Assembly (NCBI GenBank): GCA_934246625.1 | Contig: CAKQHZ010000001.1 | Coordinates: 210,001 to 242,000, forward strand | Length of the DNA: 32,000 nucleotides | Source: an uncultured Alphaproteobacteria bacterium | Lineage (GTDB): Bacteria > Pseudomonadota > Alphaproteobacteria > Rs-D84 > CACZYB01 | Reading direction: 5' to 3' | In this document: positions 26,385 through 32,000 of the stretch, one piece after another | How positions within the stretch are numbered: position 1 is the first letter of the stretch | Layout of the letters: the number at the start of each line of letters is the position of its first letter | Made by a program: the position numbers and the translations under genes | Notes under the pieces: generated by a model | Told to the model about the DNA's origin: nothing | What the model saw: only the letters and a program-made list of their open reading frames with translations | Database searches by the model: none

Positions 26385-26536
26385 TTTATCTCCTAAAATA
26401 AATAATGCTTATGTATTATAAATATGATATAATATTTTATGTAAAAAATTATATATTTGTATTATATACATATATTTTTATGTTTGTAAAGTATAAAATA
26501 CATAATTTTATATGCTTTAAACTTGTTAGGAAAGAA

Positions 26537-26989
26537 ATGGAAGAAAAATTAAAAAAAATTCGTTTAACATTAAAAAAGACTCAAAAGGAAATGTCTTCTC
26601 TTTTAGGACTTGGTGAAATAACATGGCAAAATTACGAACGTGGTATTAGTAAGCCTAAACTTGAAACATTAGAAAAATTAGGAAAACTTGGGTTCAATAT
26701 AAATTGGATTACCTCCATTGATGATGATTCAAATGGTGAAGTTGAGGAAAGTTTAATTAACAGACTTGCCAATACATCTGTAAATAAAACAAATGTATTT
26801 AATACTTTGTTAAATGAATTAAGAGTATTATATGAAAATGAAAGTTTAGAAGATAAACCTCAAAATTATTTAGAAGACAAGGCTTTTGAAATGGCTATCA
26901 ATGTTTCATCTATGGCTCAAAATGACAACGATGCTGTAAAAATGATTCAACTTTTGATAAACCAAGAAAAGGAAAGTTTAGATAAATAA
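26537..26989 (+). CDS. XRE-family helix-turn-helix regulator with an uncharacterised C-terminal domain
   Basis: From the ATG at 26537: MEEKLKKIRLTLKKTQKEMSSLLGLGEITWQNYERGISKPKLETLEKLGKLGFNINWI. The listed upstream extension (26405-26536) translates an AT-rich promoter region. Confidence 0.7.
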   Translation: MEEKLKKIRLTLKKTQKEMSSLLGLGEITWQNYERGISKPKLETLEKLGKLGFNINWITSIDDDSNGEVEESLINRLANTSVNKTNVFNTLLNELRVLYENESLEDKPQNYLEDKAFEMAINVSSMAQNDNDAVKMIQLLINQEKESLDK

Positions 26990-27060
26990 TCATAGGTTTT
27001 AACAACTATTGACTTTTATATAAAAGCATAATAAATTTAAAAAAAATTAAGGAGTAATAA

Positions 27061-28002
27061 ATGTTATATTTAATGTTTGTTTTGGGGTTGATTTTGCTTG
27101 CTGTGGGCGGTGATGTTATGGTTTCAAGCTCTGTAGAAGTAGCAAAAAAATTAAAAGTTTCAACTTTGTTGATTGGTATAGTCCTTATTGGATTTGGAAC
27201 TTCTACCCCTGAATTAGTGGCAAGTATTATCGCAACTTTTCAAGAAGTGCCTGCTACTGGTATTGCTGTTGGTAATATTGTTGGAAGTAATATTGCAAAT
27301 ATTTTGCTTATTCTTGGAGTTACATCACTTATATATCCAATAAAAATTGATAAAAAATCTTTCCTTAAAAGAGATATGTGGTTTTTGATTTTTGCAACTG
27401 CTATGGTTCTTTTGATGGCTTTGCTTAAAAAAGTTGGATTTGTAATTGGTGGAGTTATGATTTTATCTTTGCTTTTTTATGTATATTATAGTTATATCAC
27501 AGAAAAAAAGTTTAAAAAGGAAACAAAGGAAATTGCCAATGAAATTGATGTAAAACATACAAAATCTTTGCCTGTTTCTTTGATTATGGCAGTTATTGGA
27601 ATTGCGATGACAATTTATGGGGCAAATTTATTGGTAAATAGCGCTATTGTTATTGCTAAAAACTTTGGTATTTCAGAAAGTATTATTGGACTTACAATAG
27701 TTGCTGTGGGAACATCTCTTCCTGAACTTGCATCTTCTATTACTGCATCTTTGAAAAAACATAATGACCTTGCATTTGGAAATATTGTTGGAAGCAATAT
27801 TTATAATGTCTTATTTATCTTGGGTATTGTTGCATTATTGCAACCTATTATGTTCCCTGTTGATATGGTAAAAGATGTTTATATCTTAATTGCAACTACA
27901 ACTCTTTTAATTGCAAATGCTTTTATGGGAGGTATAAGTAGAAAATTTGGTGTTATCTATTTAATTGCGTATGCGTTTTATGTAGCACATCTTATTGGTT
28001 AA
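27061..28002 (+). CDS. Ca2+/cation antiporter (CaCA family, YrbG-like)
   Basis: Two alpha-repeat motifs (GFGTSTPELVASI...GNIVGSNIANILLILG and AVGTSLPELASSI...GNIVGSNIYNVLFILG) in a roughly 10-TM protein. Confidence 0.85.
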   Translation: MLYLMFVLGLILLAVGGDVMVSSSVEVAKKLKVSTLLIGIVLIGFGTSTPELVASIIATFQEVPATGIAVGNIVGSNIANILLILGVTSLIYPIKIDKKSFLKRDMWFLIFATAMVLLMALLKKVGFVIGGVMILSLLFYVYYSYITEKKFKKETKEIANEIDVKHTKSLPVSLIMAVIGIAMTIYGANLLVNSAIVIAKNFGISESIIGLTIVAVGTSLPELASSITASLKKHNDLAFGNIVGSNIYNVLFILGIVALLQPIMFPVDMVKDVYILIATTTLLIANAFMGGISRKFGVIYLIAYAFYVAHLIG

Positions 28003-28023
28003 TCGTAAATAAAAGGTTTTTAA

Positions 28024-28629
28024 ATGTTGGAAAATATTAAAAAGTTTATAAGAAAGCTATATAAATATATCTTGAAAACTTTTAAGGATAAAAAAAATAA
28101 ATCACCTGCTTATATGGGAAGAACTTTTTGTGTGGGATTTATCGCTGGAATCAATCCTTTTTGGGGACAATCTCTTATTTGCTTTATCCTTTGGAGTATT
28201 ATTGATAGAGTATTTAAGTTAAGATTTAATCTTATTATTGCATGTCTTTTGACATTTATAAGTAATCCTCTTACAACACCTATTATGTTTTATATTTTTT
28301 ATATTACTGGTCAACTTATGTTAGGTGAAGCATCTATTCCATTTGCAACTTTCGTAAATGAAATAAAGGCTTTGCTTATCGAAGATTTTTCTGCAGACCA
28401 TCTTATTGAAACATTAACTTTATTATTAAAAGGTATTGGAAAACCTATTTTAATTGGAAATATTCCTTGGACTGTGATTGTTGGAATATTCGGCTATTAT
28501 CTTGGATACCGTATTTCAATAAGACTTAGAAAACAAAGAAATAAAAAGAAAAAGCATAGAATAAAACTTATGATTGATTTCTTTCACAAACAAAAACAAA
28601 ACAAAGTTGCAGTCGAAAAAAAGAAATAA
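28024..28629 (+). CDS. DUF2062-family membrane protein
   Basis: The pattern GFIAGINPFWGQSLICFIL...ISNPLTTPIMFY...G matches my recollection of DUF2062. Basic C-terminal tail. Confidence 0.55.
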   Translation: MLENIKKFIRKLYKYILKTFKDKKNKSPAYMGRTFCVGFIAGINPFWGQSLICFILWSIIDRVFKLRFNLIIACLLTFISNPLTTPIMFYIFYITGQLMLGEASIPFATFVNEIKALLIEDFSADHLIETLTLLLKGIGKPILIGNIPWTVIVGIFGYYLGYRISIRLRKQRNKKKKHRIKLMIDFFHKQKQNKVAVEKKK

Positions 28630-28630
28630 A

Positions 28631-30460
28631 TTATATTAAATTATCAGCAAGTTGTATCCAGTGTTCTTCAATACTGGATATTTCTTTTTGGATTAAACTT
28701 AATTCCTTTGAAAGTGCAGTGATTTCATTTGAGGAAATTGGAGTTGAAAGCTCCTCGACTATTTCATCCTTTCGAGAATTTAACTCTTCTAATTTATGTT
28801 CAAGTTTTTGAAGATTTGCACGAATTTGTCGGATTTCTTTTTGATTTTGTTGTTTGACTTGAACAACGGGATTTTCCTGTTTTTTCTCAACCAAAACTTC
28901 CTTTGGCTTTGAAAGAAGGAAGTTTTTATAATCATTAAGTGAACCATCAAACATTTGACAAGTATGATTATCAACAAGATATAAATCATCAACTACCATA
29001 TTTAGAAAATTAAAATCGTGGGTGATAAGCATAACTGCACCGTTATAATTATTTAATGCTTCAATCAATGCTTCGCGAGCAGAAATATCCAAATGATTTG
29101 TTGGTTCATCAAGTATTAAAAGTGATGGAGAATCGATTGAAAGTTTTGCAAATACAACACGGCTTTTTTCACCACCAGATAATTGTTTGATTGGTGTAAT
29201 ACTTATATCACCTGTAATTCCAAAATTACCAAGATGCGAACGAATTTGTGTTTCATTCAAATCAGGTAAAAGTGTTGAAAAGTATTCAAGTGGAGTTTGG
29301 TCAAGTGGTAATTCTTCGGATTGGTGTTGGGTAAAATATCCAATTTTTAATTTTGGATTTTTAAATATACTTCCAGACATAAGTTTTAAATCACCATAAA
29401 TAAGTTTTGCCAATGTTGATTTTCCATTACCATTTTTACCAAGGATACCTATTCTGTCGCCCTGTGAAATATTCAAATTTAATTTTGTTAGGACTGGAGT
29501 ATCAGTATATCCAACCGAACCATTTTCAATTTTTATAATTGGTGATGGAATAACAGGAGCTTCCTTAAATTCGAAATGTGAAGATTTATCAAGAGCGGTT
29601 ATAGTAATATCTTCCATTTTGTTTATCATTTTTAAACGGCTTTGAGCTTGCTTTGCCTTGGTGGCCTTATACCTAAATCTATCAACAAAAGATTGAAGAT
29701 GTGCTTTTTGCTCTGCTTGCCTTTTTGCAAGTTTTTCTTCGTTTTCGTGTTTTAGTAGATAATTTTTATAAAATCTGTCGTAATTGCCAGAATAAAAAAA
29801 CAATTTTTTATTTTCAAAATGGATTATATTTTCACAAATGTCATTAAGGATATTCTTATCATGACTTATAATTAACAAAGTCCCCTTATATTTTTTCAAA
29901 TAATTTTCAAGCCAAATTGAGGCCTCTAAATCCAAATGGTTTGTAGGTTCATCAAGAAGTAATATTGTTGAATATTTAAACAATGCACCAGCAAGAGCAA
30001 GTCGCATTCTCCAACCACCAGAAAAGTCAGATACTGGACGATTAAAATCTTCGTTTTTAAAACCTAATCCATTAAGTATGGTTGAAATTTTTGCCTCGGC
30101 TTTATCACTATCTAAGACACGAAGTTCTTCATAAATTTCAGGCAATTCTTCGGGTGTTGCTGTTTCCAATTTTTTACGGGTGTTGATAAGCTCCTTATCC
30201 TTACTTAACACAAAATCAATAATTGAAAGGTTGATGTCGTAAAATTCCTGTTCCACAAATGAAATTTTTTGATTATTCGAAAATATAACCTTGCCATCAG
30301 TTGGTTCCAATTCCTTTTTAAGTATTTTAAAAAGTGTTGATTTTCCACAACCATTTAAACCAACAATACCGATTTTTTGATTATCAAAAATTTGGACTGA
30401 GGCATTTTCAAGCAAAGTCCTTGATTGCATATAAACTGTTATATTTTCTATATTTATCAT
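28631..30460 (-). CDS. ABC-F family ATPase (two tandem ABC domains, no TM domain; Uup/YheS-like)
   Basis: Walker A GLNGCGKST and GKNGNGKST, signatures FSGGWRMR and LSGGEKSR, Walker B LLLDEPTNHLD and LILDEPTNHLD. It also has an inter-domain linker and a C-terminal coiled coil. Confidence 0.92.
   Translation of the reverse strand: MINIENITVYMQSRTLLENASVQIFDNQKIGIVGLNGCGKSTLFKILKKELEPTDGKVIFSNNQKISFVEQEFYDINLSIIDFVLSKDKELINTRKKLETATPEELPEIYEELRVLDSDKAEAKISTILNGLGFKNEDFNRPVSDFSGGWRMRLALAGALFKYSTILLLDEPTNHLDLEASIWLENYLKKYKGTLLIISHDKNILNDICENIIHFENKKLFFYSGNYDRFYKNYLLKHENEEKLAKRQAEQKAHLQSFVDRFRYKATKAKQAQSRLKMINKMEDITITALDKSSHFEFKEAPVIPSPIIKIENGSVGYTDTPVLTKLNLNISQGDRIGILGKNGNGKSTLAKLIYGDLKLMSGSIFKNPKLKIGYFTQHQSEELPLDQTPLEYFSTLLPDLNETQIRSHLGNFGITGDISITPIKQLSGGEKSRVVFAKLSIDSPSLLILDEPTNHLDISAREALIEALNNYNGAVMLITHDFNFLNMVVDDLYLVDNHTCQMFDGSLNDYKNFLLSKPKEVLVEKKQENPVVQVKQQNQKEIRQIRANLQKLEHKLEELNSRKDEIVEELSTPISSNEITALSKELSLIQKEISSIEEHWIQLADNLI
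28655..28692 (+). terminator. Possible terminator for the DUF2062 transcript, embedded in the 3' end of the convergent ABC-F CDS
   Basis: TATCCAGT (28655-28662) pairs with ACTGGATA (28673-28680), followed by TTTCTTTTT. Confidence 0.35.
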
Positions 30461-30573
30461 AATAGGCTTTATGCTATCAAATAGGATTTTTTATTTCAAG
30501 CAATATTATAAAAAGTTTTTCTCTTTTACAAGAAAAAATCAATGATATTTTATATTTGGCTACACGACAAAGA

Positions 30574-30790
30574 CTTAATGTATTTGATATTGGTGATAAA
30601 ACGCATATGCAAAATATTTCAAAGGTCAAAGTTATTTAAATGTTGCAAATGTTAGCTTTGAACCAAAGTCCAGAAATAATTGGCATATCCATCACAAGGG
30701 TGGACAAATCTTGCTTATTACTGGTAGAAATGGATATTACCAAGAATGGGGAAAGCCTGCTGTAAAATTAAAAAAGGGAGTTACCTCCCT
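30574..30790 (+). pseudogene. Cupin-domain gene remnant (frameshifted, 3'-truncated, no start codon)
   Basis: Frame 1 reads LNVFDIGDK. After an apparent 1-nt loss in the A-run at 30598-30601, the frame starting at 30600 reads NAYAKYFKGQSYLNVANVSFEPKSRNNWHIHHKGGQILLITGRNGYYQEWGKPAVKLKKG. This is the conserved core of small cupin_2 proteins. The expected GDVV.IP..V.HWHGA continuation is missing, and the sequence becomes CRISPR repeat instead. Confidence 0.5.
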
Positions 30791-30922
30791 TGCGTATAAT
30801 TAACAATATATATGGGGTGTGGGAAAGTAACACTTAAAAAAGGGAGTTACCTCCCTGTATTCACAGGCACCCTTTCAACAATAGGAGGGAAAGTAACACT
30901 TAAAAAAGGGAGTTACCTCCCT
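30755..30922. CRISPR. Mini-CRISPR array: 2 identical 36-nt repeats plus 1 degenerate repeat, with 2 spacers of 30 nt
   Basis: The repeat GGGAAAGTAACACTTAAAAAAGGGAGTTACCTCCCT occurs at 30821-30856 and 30887-30922. A degenerate copy ends at 30790, with its last 23 nt identical. Spacer 1 (30791-30820) is TGCGTATAATTAACAATATATATGGGGTGT. Spacer 2 (30857-30886) is GTATTCACAGGCACCCTTTCAACAATAGGA. The period is exactly 66 nt. Orientation is unresolved, but the degenerate repeat lies distal to the adjacent HEPN ORF, which favours minus-strand transcription. Confidence 0.7.
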
Positions 30923-31020
30923 ATTAGAAGAAAAATATCCCTAATAATGTGTATTTCCACATAAATCATATTAAAAATTTTAAGAATTTCTAATACTTAC
31001 TTTTCATTATATTGCCGTTT

Positions 31021-32000
31021 TTATTTTTTACAATAATTTTCTTTTTTTGCATCTTCTGTAATTTCTTTTAATTTTATTTTCAAATCTTTATACATTTTAA
31101 AAACTATAACTTTAGTTTTTTTTAAATTTTTGTTTGGATTTTCATTAATATCTAAAATTATACTTTTAATTTTTTCTTTAAATCGTTTATGAACTGACAA
31201 AGATTTATCATTTGAAATTTTTATCGTTAAAATTTCTTTTTTAACTTTATCTTGTTTTTTATGTTTTTCAAATTCTGTTAAAAGTATTATATTATCTTTC
31301 TTTAAAAATAATGACATTAATGCTTTTAATAAATTTATTTTTAATTCTTTTGCGTTTTCAAAATTATTATCAAAAAAATCTAAAATTAACAGCAAATTGC
31401 TTCTAAATGTATCAAAAAATGACTTCGTAGCATCACTTTCGTTATAAAAAAATATTTTACCATGACTAATTTGATTTCTGATTTTTGTAATTTTTTCAGG
31501 AATAGATCTACACTTTATGTTTTCATAATTATAAACAAAATGTTTTTGTAGTATTTCACTTATTTTTATAAATAACATAAAAATTTTTTCTTTTTCTTCT
31601 AGATAAAATAATTTACGATATTGTGAATATTTTTTCTTTCCTAATAATGTTTTTAATATACTATCAATTTTATTTAAATTATATGAATTTATAAAATTTT
31701 GGCGTTCCAAACAATTAGATATTTTAATAGATTGTAAACTTTTTAAAAGCATACGATTGTCTTTTATTAAATCAATTTCTTTTTTATTATAATGATTTTC
31801 AAAAATAGTTTTTACATTTTTACTTTTTGTAGATAAAACAGATTTGAATAAATCTTCAATATTATAATCAAATTTTCCGTTATTTTTTTCACGTTCAAAC
31901 AATAATTTAATATCATTAATATAAACATTAGGAAGAAATAAAAACAAATTTTTTAAAGATTCTTCAACATTTAGTTCCTTCTCAATTCCAGAAACTGTAA
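31021..32000 (-). CDS. C-terminal >=326 aa of a large HEPN-motif protein (candidate Cas13-like effector or CRISPR-associated HEPN RNase); 5' end lies off-window
   Basis: The frame is open from the window edge (…TVSGIEKELNVEESLKNLFLFLPNVY…), so the listed TTG at 31947 is not the true start. It contains ITKIRNQISHGKIF, an R-N-x-x-x-H HEPN catalytic motif, about 150 aa from the C-terminus. It is Lys/Asn/Ile-rich and predicted helical, and it lies 98 bp from the CRISPR array. Confidence 0.55.
   Translation of the reverse strand, partial: TVSGIEKELNVEESLKNLFLFLPNVYINDIKLLFEREKNNGKFDYNIEDLFKSVLSTKSKNVKTIFENHYNKKEIDLIKDNRMLLKSLQSIKISNCLERQNFINSYNLNKIDSILKTLLGKKKYSQYRKLFYLEEKEKIFMLFIKISEILQKHFVYNYENIKCRSIPEKITKIRNQISHGKIFFYNESDATKSFFDTFRSNLLLILDFFDNNFENAKELKINLLKALMSLFLKKDNIILLTEFEKHKKQDKVKKEILTIKISNDKSLSVHKRFKEKIKSIILDINENPNKNLKKTKVIVFKMYKDLKIKLKEITEDAKKENYCKK

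Noticed and set aside
26405-26536. N-terminal 44-aa extension of the plus-strand XRE ORF (MLMYYKYDIIFYVKNYIF...)
   Set aside because: It is a translation of extremely AT-rich intergenic (promoter) DNA. The HTH protein starts naturally at the ATG at 26537.
30461-30573. Possible small ORF or leader element between the ABC-F gene and the cupin remnant
   Set aside because: The region contains a plausible minus-strand promoter for the ABC-F gene (TTGTAA-N17-TAATAT) and nothing else recognisable. The short ATG-initiated frame at 30542 is out of frame with the cupin remnant.
1-32000. Search for mobile-element hallmarks (transposase, integrase, tRNA attachment site, long inverted or direct repeats) that could delimit the CRISPR/HEPN region or the XRE pair as an island
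   Set aside because: None recognised in the window. The right-hand boundary of any island lies beyond 32000, so this cannot be assessed here.

Overview
AT-rich window (about 30% G+C by eye). It is almost entirely tightly packed housekeeping genes of a Gram-negative bacterium. Gene order (dac-tmk-holB-tatD, dnaX-ybaB), an alphaproteobacterial-type DnaX C-terminal domain and a GTTC-N7-GTTC SOS box upstream of recA point to a low-GC alphaproteobacterium. This is inference; no database search was possible.

Left to right:
- A cell-wall (dcw) cluster: ftsI' (5' end off-window)-mraY-murD-ftsW-murG-murC-murB.
- bamD and murJ.
- The tatD-holB-tmk-dac operon on the minus strand.
- dnaX, split at an A10 tract, then ybaB.
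- A possibly disrupted small Cys-rich ORF.
- tyrS, lpxK, sufE, an M23 peptidase, a bPH_2 membrane protein, rpsU and gap.
- A degenerate GT2-like gene, then recA and lexA.
- A divergent pair of XRE regulators.
- A CaCA antiporter, a DUF2062 protein and an ABC-F ATPase.

The only clearly accessory segment is the right-hand end (about 30.5-32.0 kb). It holds a frameshifted, truncated cupin remnant that runs directly into a mini-CRISPR array. The array has two perfect 36-nt repeats, one degenerate repeat and two 30-nt spacers. Next comes a 98-bp AT-rich gap, then the 3' end of a large ORF that runs off the window and carries an R-N-x-x-x-H (HEPN RNase) motif. I read this as a candidate RNA-targeting CRISPR locus, either a Cas13-like type VI effector or a HEPN ancillary nuclease. 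The repeat does not resemble any Cas13 repeat I can recall.

The second notable item is dnaX. The reading frame stops right after an A10 run, and the conserved tau C-terminal domain continues in the +1 frame. This is either slippage-dependent tau/gamma production or a homopolymer sequencing error.

No tRNA or rRNA gene, transposase or integrase was recognised. All protein calls rest on motif and family recognition from the supplied translations.
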